NCBI GenBank assembly: GCA_000438115.1
Contig: FR903596.1
Span: 34,815-98,814 of the forward strand
Direction: 5' to 3'
Length of the DNA stretch: 64,000 bases
Origin: Prevotella sp. CAG:617
GTDB taxonomy: Bacteria; Bacteroidota; Bacteroidia; Bacteroidales; Bacteroidaceae
Position numbers and translations under genes: made by a program. Shown piece after piece: positions 41,481 to 51,789 of this stretch; the stretch's first letter is position 1, and every line of letters begins with the position of its first letter. Below the pieces are notes generated by a model. The model saw only the letters and a list, made by a program, of their open reading frames with translations, was not told the origin of the DNA and did not search any database.

Positions 41481-41650
41481 ACCGTATGCCGTCTGTTTTT
41501 TCGAGTTCCTCAATAAGTTTTCTGGCAGTTGATATCTTTCGGGATTAGGGGGTGTAGAATCTGTGGAAGAGAATCATACGGATTGGCGGGAAAAGAGGTC
41601 GCACGGAACTCTTATGTTATCGGCGGGATGTGTCAGAGAGCAGAAAAAAA

Positions 41651-41688
41651 CCGAAACTACCGGACGTTTTTTCCGTCGGTAATTTCGG
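41651..41688 (-). terminator. glnN-proximal intrinsic terminator
   Basis: CCGAAACTACCGGACG-tttttt-CCGTCGGTAATTTCGG preceded on the plus strand by A7, which is a U-tract on the minus strand. Confidence 0.6.
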
Positions 41689-41720
41689 TTGGATAAGAGG
41701 TATATAAATGTATGTCTGTA

Positions 41721-43910
41721 TTAACGTACGAACAACATTTCGCGATATTTGGGCAGGGTCCACATCTCGTCTTCCACAATCAGTTCGAGTTTGTCAATGT
41801 GGTAACGGATTTTTTCCATAGCCGGAACAATCTTGTCGTGATATTGGATGGCTTTTTCGCGAATATCCTCGATTTTGTTAATGATTTTACGCGTTTCTAC
41901 CATGTCTTCCACGTGGTCTACAATGAAATTGGTGTGTTTGTTGATTTTTTCAATCAAAGTCCGGTTGTAGGCCGAAAGTTCTTCTGCTTTTTCTTTGGGA
42001 TAAACGCTCAGAATTTTCGAAACGTTGTCAACCAGTTCGCTCTGGTATTTTGTGGCCACCGGAATAATGTGATTCATGGAGAGATCGCCCAGTACGCGGG
42101 CTTCAATTTGCACTTTCTTCTGGTAGGTTTCCCATTTGATTTCGTTACGTGCTTTCAGTTCGGCTTCTGTCATCACTTTCATCTTGGTGAACATGTCGAT
42201 GGAAGTCGGGTCAAGATAGCGGTCGAAGACGAGCGGGCAGCTGGTTTCGCAGTCGAGGCCGCGACGGGCTGCTTCAGCCTTCCATTCCTCGCTGTAACCA
42301 TTTCCGTCGAAGTGGATGGGCTTGCAGGTCTTGATATCTTCACGCAAAACGTCCAGTATAGCACTGATTTTTGATTCACCTTTTTCGATGAGTGCATCAA
42401 CACGGGTCTTGAAGTCGGTCAGGGCTTCAGCTACGGCAGTGTTCAGTACGATCAGCGAACTTGCGCAGTTAGCCATTGAACCTACAGCGCGGAATTCAAA
42501 GCGGTTTCCGGTAAATGCGAATGGTGAAGTACGGTTACGATCGGTATTGTCAATGGTCAATTCCGGGATTTGGGGTATATCAAGTTTCATTCCGTGTTTA
42601 CCCTGCATGGAGAAAAGCTCTTCTTTAGTAGAATTCTCTATTTTCTCAAGCATATCGGAAATTTGCTGTCCAAGGAATGCCGAAATAATGGCGGGGGGAG
42701 CCTCATGTCCTCCCAAGCGGTGAGCATTGGTGGCGCTCATGATGGAAGCCTTCAGCACGCCGTTGTGGCGGTAAACACCCATAAGGGTTTCCACGATAAA
42801 GGTAATAAAGCGTAAATTGTCTTCAGGCGTTTTTCCGGGGGCATGGAGCAACAGACCGGTGTCAGTAGCCAGCGACCAGTTGTTGTGCTTACCGCTACCA
42901 TTGATTCCAGCAAACGGCTTTTCGTGGAGCAGGCAGCGGAAACCGTGTTTGCGGGCAATTTTTCGCATGAGCGACATGATAAGCATGTTGTGGTCTACAG
43001 CCAGGTTGCACTCTTCAAAAATAGGAGCCAGTTCAAATTGGTTAGGAGCCACCTCGTTGTGGCGTGTTTTGCACGGGATGCCTAATTCAAGTGCTTGTAT
43101 TTCAAGATCTTTCATGAATTCGGCCACACGCTCGGGGATGGCGCCGAAATAATGGTCATCCATTTGCTGGTTTTTGGCAGAGTCGTGTCCCATCAGAGTT
43201 CTTCCAGTCAGCAATAAATCGGGGCGGGCAGCATATAAGCCTTCGTCTATCAGGAAATACTCCTGTTCCCATCCCAAATTGGCCGTAACCTTTTTCACTG
43301 CGGGGTCAAAGTATTGCGCTACGGCCGTAGCTGCATGGTCAACGGCAGCCAGTGACTTTTTCAGCGGAGCTTTATAGTCAAGTGCTTCACCGGTGTAGGA
43401 AATAAAGACTGTCGGAATCATCAGCGTGTCGCCAATGATAAATACGGGAGATGCTGGATCCCATGCAGAATATCCTCTGGCCTCGAATGTAGAACGAATT
43501 CCTCCGTTTGGGAAAGACGATGCGTCAGGTTCTTGTTGTACGAGTTCTTTTCCCGTAAAATTCTCAATCATACCTCCTTTGAAGTCGTGTTCAACAAAAG
43601 CGTCATGCTTTTCAGCAGTGCCTTCGGTGAGGGGTTGAAACCAGTGCGTACAGTGGGTTACACCCATTTCCATAGCCCATTGTTTCATGCCAGCTGCCAC
43701 TTCGTCGGCAACGCCCTTTTCCAATGGAGTGCCGTTTTCAATAACTTCGCGGAGTTTTTTGTAAGTAGATTTAGGAAGATACTTGAACATCTTTTCCTGG
43801 TTGAATACATATTTTGCAAAGTATTCGGAAGGACGTTCTTTGGGAATTTTAATCTCAAGCGGTTTTTTCTGAAATGCCGCTTCTACAACCTTGAATCTTA
43901 AACTTGACAT
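41721..43910 (-). CDS. glnN: Glutamine synthetase type III
   Basis: MSSLRFKVVEAAFQKKPLE..., 729 aa, length and motifs typical of GSIII. The track ORF (794 aa) is an upstream read-through, and the conserved start codon ends at 43910. Confidence 0.9.
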   Translation of the reverse strand: MSSLRFKVVEAAFQKKPLEIKIPKERPSEYFAKYVFNQEKMFKYLPKSTYKKLREVIENGTPLEKGVADEVAAGMKQWAMEMGVTHCTHWFQPLTEGTAEKHDAFVEHDFKGGMIENFTGKELVQQEPDASSFPNGGIRSTFEARGYSAWDPASPVFIIGDTLMIPTVFISYTGEALDYKAPLKKSLAAVDHAATAVAQYFDPAVKKVTANLGWEQEYFLIDEGLYAARPDLLLTGRTLMGHDSAKNQQMDDHYFGAIPERVAEFMKDLEIQALELGIPCKTRHNEVAPNQFELAPIFEECNLAVDHNMLIMSLMRKIARKHGFRCLLHEKPFAGINGSGKHNNWSLATDTGLLLHAPGKTPEDNLRFITFIVETLMGVYRHNGVLKASIMSATNAHRLGGHEAPPAIISAFLGQQISDMLEKIENSTKEELFSMQGKHGMKLDIPQIPELTIDNTDRNRTSPFAFTGNRFEFRAVGSMANCASSLIVLNTAVAEALTDFKTRVDALIEKGESKISAILDVLREDIKTCKPIHFDGNGYSEEWKAEAARRGLDCETSCPLVFDRYLDPTSIDMFTKMKVMTEAELKARNEIKWETYQKKVQIEARVLGDLSMNHIIPVATKYQSELVDNVSKILSVYPKEKAEELSAYNRTLIEKINKHTNFIVDHVEDMVETRKIINKIEDIREKAIQYHDKIVPAMEKIRYHIDKLELIVEDEMWTLPKYREMLFVR

Positions 43911-43945
43911 ATTGCGTTTGTTTTTTGAATTGTGGTTTCTTTTAC

Positions 43946-45175
43946 TTATTTCAGCCATTCGGTGATGCGGGCCATTGCCGTTTCGCAGTCTTTGCGGTCG
44001 CCAAAAGCTGTGAGTCTGATATAGCCTTCGCCACTGGGGCCGAAGCCGACTCCTGGAGTCGAAACTATGCCTATTTCGGTCAGCATACGTTCGAAGAATT
44101 CCCAACTGCTGATTCCGTCTGGCGTCTTAAACCAGATGTAGGGTGCATTTTCTCCACCAAACACTTGCAGACCTGCCTTTTGAAGCGTTTCGCGCATGAT
44201 GCGTGCATTGGTCATGTAGTATTGAATGGTCTCTTTTACCTGACGCTTGCCCTTTTCTGTATAAGTGGCAGCTGCTGCGCACTGGGTAATGTAGCTTGTG
44301 CCGTTAAACTTTGTGCATTGTCGGCGATTCCATAAATGGTTTACAGAAGCCATGCTACCGTCTGAGGTTTTGATATTCAGTTCTTTGGGAACAACGGTAA
44401 AGCCGCATCGTACTCCAGTAAATCCTGCCGTTTTTGAGTAGGAATGGAATTCAATGGCGCATTTTTTTGCCCCTTCAATTTCATATATGGAATGCGGTAT
44501 GGTGGCATCTTGTATGTAGGCTTCATATGCCGCGTCATACAGAATTACGCTGTCATTTTCAAGTGCATAGTCAACCCATTTTTTTAGTTGTTCACGCGTG
44601 ATAACCGTGCCTGTCGGGTTGTTTGGATAGCATAAGTAGATTAAGTCGACGCGTGTTTCCGGTAACGCCGGAACAAAATTGTTTTCAGCATTGCATGGGC
44701 GGTATACAATGCGGTTCCATGTGCCGTTTATCCATTCTCCGGCTCTGCCTCCCATAATGTTTGAGTCAATGTAGACCGGGTATATGGGATCCGTAACACA
44801 AACAATGTTTTCTTGTCCGAAAATATCGGTGATATTTCCTGTGTCACTTTTTGCGCCATCATTAATGAATATTTCGTCAATGTCAATTTGTATGCCTTTG
44901 GCTTCAAAGTCATGGTGAACAATAGCCTTGCGCAGAAAATCATATCCTTGTTCGGGGCCGTAGCCGCGGAAAGTCTGCTTGTCGGACATTTCATCAACAG
45001 CTTGATGCATAGCTTGGATAACGGCGGGAGCAAGTGGTTGGGTTACATCACCGATACCAAGTCGGATAATTTGCATGGATGGCTCTTTTTCTTTAAAAGC
45101 GGCTACTTTTTGTGCAATATCTGCAAAAAGATAGTTTTTTTGTAATTTCAGATAGTTTTCGTTGATAAATGCCAT
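43946..45175 (-). CDS. dapL: LL-diaminopimelate aminotransferase
   Basis: 409 aa, MAFINENYLKLQKNYLFADIAQKV...SYSKTAGFTGVRCG (PLP lysine context). Confidence 0.88.
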   Translation of the reverse strand: MAFINENYLKLQKNYLFADIAQKVAAFKEKEPSMQIIRLGIGDVTQPLAPAVIQAMHQAVDEMSDKQTFRGYGPEQGYDFLRKAIVHHDFEAKGIQIDIDEIFINDGAKSDTGNITDIFGQENIVCVTDPIYPVYIDSNIMGGRAGEWINGTWNRIVYRPCNAENNFVPALPETRVDLIYLCYPNNPTGTVITREQLKKWVDYALENDSVILYDAAYEAYIQDATIPHSIYEIEGAKKCAIEFHSYSKTAGFTGVRCGFTVVPKELNIKTSDGSMASVNHLWNRRQCTKFNGTSYITQCAAAATYTEKGKRQVKETIQYYMTNARIMRETLQKAGLQVFGGENAPYIWFKTPDGISSWEFFERMLTEIGIVSTPGVGFGPSGEGYIRLTAFGDRKDCETAMARITEWLK

Positions 45176-45207
45176 AATCTATGATGAAAAGTTTAATAAC
45201 GGAAAAT

Positions 45208-46053
45208 TTAAATTGTGATTTGACCTTCAAAAACGGTTTCGGCTGGGCCTGTCATATAAATATGTTGATCATCTTTCCATTCGATTTCCAGTTCTCCTCC
45301 ATCCATGATAATTGTCGAATGTTTTCCGTTTCGGCCGGTTAGCGCGGCTGCTACGGCAGTGGCGCAAGCTCCTGTGCCGCAAGCCATTGTTATGCCGGAA
45401 CCTCTTTCCCAAACTCGCATACGGATTTTTCCGCCGTCCAGTACTTGCGCAAACTCGATGTTGCATCTTTGGGGGAATAACGGGTAATGTTCCAATTGCG
45501 GACCTTCAGTCGCGATATCTACCTTATTGATGTCATCAACAAAGATTACGCAATGCGGATTTCCCATACTAACAAATGTACCTTTGTATAGGTGTTCGTG
45601 AGTTCGGATCAGTTCATCCTGCATCTGTCCGTTTTCAGTGGCGAGTTGTTGGGGGGCGCTTATGATGGGCGCATCCATATCCACTGTTACACTTTCTACT
45701 TGGCGGCTTTGATCCGAAATATGCAACTGCAGGATTTTGATACCGGAAAGTGTTTCCAAACTTATGGTGGTCTTGTCTGTCAAATGCTTGTCATATAGGT
45801 ATTTTCCTATGCACCGGGAGGCATTTCCACACATCATAGCTTCGGAGCCGTCATTGTTGAAAATCCGCATTGAGAAATCTGCTTTTTCTGATGTTCCGAT
45901 AAGTACCAGACCATCACTGCCTATGCCTGTATGGTAAGCGCTCCATTTGATAGCTAAATCTTGCGGATTGTCAAGGGGGAAAGCAATGGTGTTGACGTAG
46001 ATATAGTCGTTCCCCGCTCCTTGCATTTTGGTAAATTCAATGGTTCGTGCCAT
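45208..46053 (-). CDS. dapF: Diaminopimelate epimerase
   Basis: [21 protein letters not shown]...[11 protein letters not shown]...ACGTGACA; the conserved start codon ends at 46053, whereas the 377-aa track ORF is a read-through. Confidence 0.9.
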   Translation of the reverse strand: MARTIEFTKMQGAGNDYIYVNTIAFPLDNPQDLAIKWSAYHTGIGSDGLVLIGTSEKADFSMRIFNNDGSEAMMCGNASRCIGKYLYDKHLTDKTTISLETLSGIKILQLHISDQSRQVESVTVDMDAPIISAPQQLATENGQMQDELIRTHEHLYKGTFVSMGNPHCVIFVDDINKVDIATEGPQLEHYPLFPQRCNIEFAQVLDGGKIRMRVWERGSGITMACGTGACATAVAAALTGRNGKHSTIIMDGGELEIEWKDDQHIYMTGPAETVFEGQITI

Positions 46054-46087
46054 ATGGATAAATGTCTGTCGCTTTCTTATTCTGATG

Positions 46088-46095
46088 CAAAGGTA
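46088..46095 (-). promoter_or_regulatory. TAnnTTTG -7 motif (TACCTTTG on the minus strand) for dapF-dapL
   Basis: Plus-strand CAAAGGTA lies about 35 nt upstream of the dapF start. Confidence 0.4.
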
Positions 46096-46582
46096 TAAAA
46101 AAAATAATACATTGCATAGATTTTCTGCAAAATATCTTTCAAAAAATAGAAATAAATGATTATTTGCTATCAATATACCAACAAAAAAGACAAAAAACCT
46201 TTCAATATTTTGTTTAAACTGACTTTTGCTTACAAAATGGGTTTTGAGATAAATCAGTGAACAGGCAAGAATCCGGCAGATGAGGGAGGTTTGTGGAATG
46301 TGTGCTGGTGTATCAAAAAAGATGGCTTGCTGGAATAACAAAGGGCGGACTTTGTTTGAGCAAAGTTTCTTGTTGTTTGAATTAAGTGCCGACTTTTTTC
46401 TGTAAAAGGGGAATAGGGAGTTTTATTGCGTCAGTACTTGGGTAATGACAGTGTTGATGCTTAAGGGAGGAATACTTGTTGACTCATATAGAAGATGGAT
46501 AGCAAGTATTGTATAGCGCTTCGTGAGGAACTCGGGTGGGGGATATGCATTTGGAATATTGCTGAGCATTTTAGATTGAAAT

Positions 46583-46620
46583 AAAAAAAGAGGATATGTC
46601 GATTAAGCATATCCTCTTTT
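46583..46620. terminator. Bidirectional intrinsic terminator 3' of the rpmB-rpmG-DUF4295 operon
   Basis: AGAGGATATG-tcgattaag-CATATCCTCT flanked by A7 and T4. Confidence 0.65.
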
Positions 46621-46643
46621 ACTGTCTTATCTTTTTTGTTAAA

Positions 46644-46802
46644 TTAGTTCTTGAAGAAGTCTTTCACAGCTTCGTTGGGAACCATTTGCTCATCAAAATA
46701 GTAAGCTCCTGTTTTCGGGCTCTTTACCATTTTGATAACTTTGGTATAAGAACGTCCGTCAGTTTTACCTGTCTGGAGCGTAGCGACTGTTTTCTTTGCC
46801 AT
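46644..46802 (-). CDS. DUF4295-family small protein (51 aa), not in the six-frame track
   Basis: Minus-strand translation MAKKTVATLQTGKTDGRSYTKVIKMVKSPKTGAYYFDEQMVPNEAVKDFFKN, 9 nt downstream of rpmG. This is the rpmB-rpmG-DUF4295 arrangement typical of Bacteroidetes. Confidence 0.75.
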   Translation of the reverse strand: MAKKTVATLQTGKTDGRSYTKVIKMVKSPKTGAYYFDEQMVPNEAVKDFFKN

Positions 46803-46811
46803 GGCTTCTTA

Positions 46812-47003
46812 TTATTTAATTTCTTTATGTACAGTCATTCTTTTCAGAATGGGGTTGTATTTCTTTAATTCTAAGCGCTCAGGAGTGTTTTTACGATTCT
46901 TAGTTGTAATATAGCGTGAAACTCCAGGCATACCACTTTCTTTCATTTCGGTACATTCAAGGATTACTTGAACTCTATTACCTTTTGCTTTTTTTCCTGC
47001 CAT
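46812..47003 (-). CDS. rpmG: 50S ribosomal protein L33
   Basis: [19 protein letters not shown]... Confidence 0.9.
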   Translation of the reverse strand: MAGKKAKGNRVQVILECTEMKESGMPGVSRYITTKNRKNTPERLELKKYNPILKRMTVHKEIK

Positions 47004-47017
47004 TGTTCTTTAAAAAA

Positions 47018-47278
47018 TTAGGCTAAAACTTTAATGTCTTTCCAATCGCAATAACCCTTGCTCACGGCGTTGTTCAACGCGGCGTCAAGTCCTATTTTAT
47101 TAATTAAGCGTAAACCTGCTGCGCTAATCTTCAAGCTGATCCAGCAGTCCTGTTCTACGTAGTAGAACTTTTTTGTAAACAAGTTCACATCAAAAGTACG
47201 TTTTGTGCGGCGTTTTGAGTGTGAAACATTGTTGCCTATCATGGCTTTTTTACCTGTGATTTGACAAATCTTAGACAT
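47018..47278 (-). CDS. rpmB: 50S ribosomal protein L28
   Basis: [29 protein letters not shown]... Confidence 0.9.
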   Translation of the reverse strand: MSKICQITGKKAMIGNNVSHSKRRTKRTFDVNLFTKKFYYVEQDCWISLKISAAGLRLINKIGLDAALNNAVSKGYCDWKDIKVLA

Positions 47279-47381
47279 CGCTATCTGTTGTTTTGTTTTT
47301 TCTTTATAAATATATTCCCAATACGAGGTGCAAATTTACGATATAATTTACTAATACGCAAATGTTTCGCTAAAAAAATGG

Positions 47382-47882
47382 TTATACTTCTTCTGCTTCC
47401 TCGTCTTTGAGCAGGTCGCGCAGCATATGCATGGCTTTATTGACAGCTGCAGCAACGTTTTTATCACGTCCGTTGTCTTCTTCAAGCAGGCAGGTAATTA
47501 CTTTGTCTTTTGTACCTACTGCTACCCAAATCGTACCTACTTTAATGGTATCTGTACCGGCAGGTCCGGCAAAACCGGTTGTAGCTACCACATAGTCGCA
47601 ATGGAACAGGTCGGCAGCGCCAGCAACCATTTGTTTTACAACTTCTTCGCAAACGGCGGTCTTTTCTGCAATGATATTAGGGTCAACTTTGAGTAATTCT
47701 GATTTTACTTCGTCGGCGTAACAAACCAGACCACCTTTAAAGTAGTTCGAACTGCCCGGAATGGCGGTAATTACGCTTGAGATTCTTCCTGCGGTGCAAC
47801 TTTCGGCACAAGCCAAAGTCTTACCCGCTTTCCATAACATCTCATTAATGTCTTTGCTGACGATTTTTAAGTCTAAATCCAT
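47382..47882 (-). CDS. CinA C-terminal domain protein (PncC-like NMN deamidase family)
   Basis: LACAESCTAGRISSVITAIPGSSNYFKGGLVCYADEVK...; 166 aa. Confidence 0.82.
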   Translation of the reverse strand: MDLDLKIVSKDINEMLWKAGKTLACAESCTAGRISSVITAIPGSSNYFKGGLVCYADEVKSELLKVDPNIIAEKTAVCEEVVKQMVAGAADLFHCDYVVATTGFAGPAGTDTIKVGTIWVAVGTKDKVITCLLEEDNGRDKNVAAAVNKAMHMLRDLLKDEEAEEV

Positions 47883-47896
47883 AGTTATTCTTTATT

Positions 47897-48922
47897 TTAT
47901 ATTGTTATTCTTGAATATGCCGGTTTTTCAATCGGGCAGAAATCTTTATCTTTATATTTGTAATATCCAGTTATGGCAATCATGGCTGCATTGTCGGTAG
48001 TGTAGCTGAACTTTGGAATGTAGATGTTCCAGCCGTTTTTTTCAGCTTTTTCCTTAAATGCATTTCTCAGGCCTGTATTGGCTGAAACTCCTCCGGCAAC
48101 AGCAACATCCTTGATACCGGTCTGCTTGACGGCAAGTGACAACTTTTTCATTAAAATACTTACTACGGTGTGTTCCAATGAGGCTGCCAAATCTTCCTTG
48201 TGATGTTCGATAAAGTCAGGATCATTTTTTAGTTGGTCACGCAGAAAATATAAAAAAGAAGTTTTCAGGCCGCTGAAACTGTAGTTGAGTCCATCAATAA
48301 CAGGTTTGTTGAATGTAAAGGCTTTGGGATTTCCGCATCTGGCTAGTTTGTCAATAATTGGTCCGCCAGGATAGCCCAGCCCCATGACTTTGGAACATTT
48401 GTCGATGGCTTCGCCAGCCGCATCGTCGATGGTTTGTCCTAATATTTCCATGTCGTTGTAGGCGTTTATTTTGACAATTTGAGAATTGCCACCGCTTACA
48501 AGCAAGCACAGATAGGGAAGGGGAGGTACAGGGGCATCCAGACTGTCCTTGTCTTTTAGGAACAAGGCAAGAATGTGTCCTTGCAGGTGATTGGCTTCAA
48601 TAAGGGGAATGCCCAAAGAAACAGCCATACCTTTAGCAAAGGAAACTCCTACGAGCAATGAACCCATCAGGCCTGGGCCCAGAGTTACGGCAATGGCTGA
48701 CAACTCGGACGCTTTTACACCAGCTTGTTTGAGTGCTTGATCAACCACTGGTACGATGTTTTGTTGGTGTGCTCTTGATGCCAGTTCCGGTACGACACCG
48801 CCATAAGCTTTATGGATGGCTTGACTCGCCGTTACGTTGCTGAGTAGCACACCGTTTTTCAGCACAGCTGCTGATGTATCATCACAACTGGATTCAATGC
48901 CTAATATAATAATGTCTTCCAA
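47897..48922 (-). CDS. tsaD: tRNA N6-adenosine threonylcarbamoyltransferase
   Basis: ILGIESSCDDTSAAV...GGVSANTGLR...; 341 aa. Confidence 0.92.
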   Translation of the reverse strand: MEDIIILGIESSCDDTSAAVLKNGVLLSNVTASQAIHKAYGGVVPELASRAHQQNIVPVVDQALKQAGVKASELSAIAVTLGPGLMGSLLVGVSFAKGMAVSLGIPLIEANHLQGHILALFLKDKDSLDAPVPPLPYLCLLVSGGNSQIVKINAYNDMEILGQTIDDAAGEAIDKCSKVMGLGYPGGPIIDKLARCGNPKAFTFNKPVIDGLNYSFSGLKTSFLYFLRDQLKNDPDFIEHHKEDLAASLEHTVVSILMKKLSLAVKQTGIKDVAVAGGVSANTGLRNAFKEKAEKNGWNIYIPKFSYTTDNAAMIAITGYYKYKDKDFCPIEKPAYSRITI

Positions 48923-48935
48923 TGTTCTTAAATTT

Positions 48936-49793
48936 TTAATGTGTAAGAATTTCTACTCCGTTTTCTGTCATGAGAAACGTATGTTCCCATTGGGCTGACG
49001 GGAGTTCATCTTCTGTGACAACAGTCCATCCGTCTTCCTCGTCAATAAAAACGTGCCAATCCCCCATGTTTAGCATGGGTTCAATAGTGAATACCATACC
49101 CGGCACAAGTAACATGCCGTTTTGATGAGAATCATAGTGCAAAACTTCCGGTTCTTCGTGAAATTCCAGTCCTACACCGTGTCCACATAAATCGCGCACT
49201 ACCGAAAATCCGTTTTTGTGTGCATGTTTGGCAATGGCCCTTCCTATCTCGCCTACAAATCCCCAAGGCTTCGCAGCGTTGGCGCCTATTTCCAAACATT
49301 CTTTCGTAACGCGTACAAGCTTTTCTTTTTCAGGAGTGGTCTTGCCGATAATAAACATACGTGACGCATCGCTGTAGTATCCTTTATATATGGTAGAAAC
49401 ATCCACATTGATAATATCACCTTCTTCCAACACTTCGCAGTCGTTTGGAATGCCGTGGCAAACCACTTCGTTGATACTGGTGCACACACTTTTGGGGAAA
49501 CCTTCATAGTTGAGGGGGGCAGGAATGGCTCCGTGTGAAACGGTATAGTCGTAGACTAATTTATCAATTTCTTCTGTAGTCATGCCTGCGTGTATTTCCT
49601 GTTCTATGAGGTCCAATACACCAGTGTTGATAACGCCGGATTGTTTGATTCCTTCAATTTGTTCTGGCGTTTTGATGAGTTTTCGGGTAGGAACCAAGAA
49701 TCCTTGATTTTGGTATGACAGAATTTTTTTGTCAAATGCGGTGGGCTCTTGTCCCTCAGGGATAGTCCAATTATGCTTTTTTCTCTTGAACAT
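48936..49793 (-). CDS. map: Type I methionine aminopeptidase
   Basis: SINEVVCHGIPN..., DIINVDVS, GHGVGLEFHEEP, TIEPML. Confidence 0.92.
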   Translation of the reverse strand: MFKRKKHNWTIPEGQEPTAFDKKILSYQNQGFLVPTRKLIKTPEQIEGIKQSGVINTGVLDLIEQEIHAGMTTEEIDKLVYDYTVSHGAIPAPLNYEGFPKSVCTSINEVVCHGIPNDCEVLEEGDIINVDVSTIYKGYYSDASRMFIIGKTTPEKEKLVRVTKECLEIGANAAKPWGFVGEIGRAIAKHAHKNGFSVVRDLCGHGVGLEFHEEPEVLHYDSHQNGMLLVPGMVFTIEPMLNMGDWHVFIDEEDGWTVVTEDELPSAQWEHTFLMTENGVEILTH

Positions 49794-49898
49794 GGATGCT
49801 TTTCTTTATGTCATGCAAAGATACAAAAACTGTCGCGAATGTGTTCCCGTGTATGTGCATTCTTTTTTTTGTGTCCTGTGCTTGTTTTATCCGAGTGA

Positions 49899-51581
49899 TT
49901 ATTGTTTCCGCGTAATGTCAAAGTCCGTATACAGATAGCGTTTGATACTTTTTTTAGGCGTTTTCTCGAATTCTGAATCCATCAGGACAATGCCGGACAG
50001 ACGTTCATAAGCCGGAAGTATCGTGTTAAGTGTTGTACGGTTTTTTTCCATGATGGCTGGTATGTCATTTTCATTAATACCCTCTTTTCGTGCAGTGTCG
50101 AAGTCCGGATGGATTAGCCCGTATAGTTTTTCTCCTTTTTGGATAATGACACATTCGTTGACGTAAGGCATGGCATTAAGCTTGTCTTCAATTTCTTCAG
50201 GATAAATATTTTGTCCAGAAGCCCCAAGTAGCATATTTTTGCTCCTGCCTTTCAGGTATAGGTATCCATCTTCATCCATAATGCCGAGGTCGCCGGTGTG
50301 ATACCATCCATCCTTATCCAAAGCTTGTGCTGTGGCTTCTGGGTTCTTGTAGTATCCCAACATGACGTTGTCTCCGCGTGTTAGCACTTCGCCTACAATG
50401 TTGTGTGGGTCGGAACTGTCTATTTTCAGTTCCATGCGTGGTACCACTTGTCCGCATGAGCCTTTTCGGAAAAAATTCCAGTCTACGTAAGTAATTATTG
50501 GTGCACATTCAGTAGCTCCATAGCCTACGGTAAATGGAAAATCAATGTCGCTAAGGAATTTTTCAATATCGCTGTTTAAGGCCGCTCCTCCAATAATAAT
50601 CTCGTATATATTGTTTCCAAAGGCCGTAAGAAGTGCCGTACGTATTCTTTGCTGTATTTTTTTTCGGATTACGGGCACTTTTAGCAGCGCTTTTGTGCTC
50701 AGACTTTGCAGTTTGGGCAGCACCGCTTTGCGTACGATCTTTTCTATAATTAAGGGTACAGAAATTACAATGTCTGGTTTGATTTCAGAGAAAGCTTTGA
50801 AAATGATCTGTGGTGATGGCGTTTTCCCTAAATAATAAATATGACAACCGGTGCAGAACTCGAAAATAAATTCAAACATCATGCCATACATGTGTGCCAT
50901 AGGCAAGATGGATATGACTTTGCTGCCGTGCTTTACCTTTATTCCTAATGCTCCTTCTGCAAACAGGAGGTTTGACCAAAGGGCACGGTGAGGAATCATT
51001 ACTCCCTTTGAGTTGCTTGTCGTTCCGGAAGTGTAGTTGATAAGTGCCAATTCGTTTGGCTTGGCAATATAATAATGTATGTTTTCCGGTGTGAAGGCTT
51101 TCGGATATTTTTCGCCAAAAAGCTTGTTAAGCTCTTCATAGGCTTTAGACATTTGCAAGTTACGGGTGTGGATAATTGAAAAGTCCAAAAGACTGAATAT
51201 GCCGTTCAGATGAGGCATTTGCGTTACATCCAGTTCTTTGCTGATGGTTTCACCCGCAAATAACAGTTTTGCTTCAGAATGGTTGACAATGTCATGAATC
51301 TGGTTGGCCTTAAAGTCGTTGAGTATGGGTACAGCAACTGCACCATATGACAAAACACTCATGAAGGCTACAGCCCAGTGGGCAGAATTTCGGCCGCAGA
51401 GGGCGATTTTATCTCCTGGTTTGATGTTTGCTTTTTCGTAAAGAATATGCAGCTTTTCAATCAGACATGCCACGTCTTTGTATTGTAGCGTACTGCCTTC
51501 ATAATCACTGAGTGAACTGTCATGCCAGTAGCTCTTGACGGCTTCCTGAATGTATTCGTTGAAGTTTTCGAAAGATTTCAT
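49899..51581 (-). CDS. AMP-binding long-chain acyl-CoA synthetase (FadD-like)
   Basis: YTSGTTSNSKGVM AMP-binding motif, GYGATE, and C-terminal ...GKIxRxxL-like. Confidence 0.85.
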   Translation of the reverse strand: MKSFENFNEYIQEAVKSYWHDSSLSDYEGSTLQYKDVACLIEKLHILYEKANIKPGDKIALCGRNSAHWAVAFMSVLSYGAVAVPILNDFKANQIHDIVNHSEAKLLFAGETISKELDVTQMPHLNGIFSLLDFSIIHTRNLQMSKAYEELNKLFGEKYPKAFTPENIHYYIAKPNELALINYTSGTTSNSKGVMIPHRALWSNLLFAEGALGIKVKHGSKVISILPMAHMYGMMFEFIFEFCTGCHIYYLGKTPSPQIIFKAFSEIKPDIVISVPLIIEKIVRKAVLPKLQSLSTKALLKVPVIRKKIQQRIRTALLTAFGNNIYEIIIGGAALNSDIEKFLSDIDFPFTVGYGATECAPIITYVDWNFFRKGSCGQVVPRMELKIDSSDPHNIVGEVLTRGDNVMLGYYKNPEATAQALDKDGWYHTGDLGIMDEDGYLYLKGRSKNMLLGASGQNIYPEEIEDKLNAMPYVNECVIIQKGEKLYGLIHPDFDTARKEGINENDIPAIMEKNRTTLNTILPAYERLSGIVLMDSEFEKTPKKSIKRYLYTDFDITRKQ

Positions 51582-51789
51582 GGTGGTTTGTTTAATATTT
51601 TAGCACAGGGGCTGATGAAAAAAATGTGCCCCGTATGCTGTCCTTACACAACTTGATACAGTTTTGCGCAAAAATACAGAAAAAAAAGCATTTAATTGTC
51701 CGTGTGGAAATGTTTGTGGTTGTTTTCTTTCCTTTCATCTAAAAAAAAAGTAATTTTGCAAATGATTATATCTAAAAATACAGAATAAA

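Noticed and set aside
41343-41720. Possible small gene in the 380-nt spacer between the OM barrel gene and glnN
   Set aside because: The spacer is fully accounted for by two convergent terminator hairpins (41435-41480, 41651-41688), and no ORF of 60 aa or more has coding-like composition.
42316-43901. Several 70-135-aa plus-strand ORFs
   Set aside because: All lie antisense within the type III glutamine synthetase gene.
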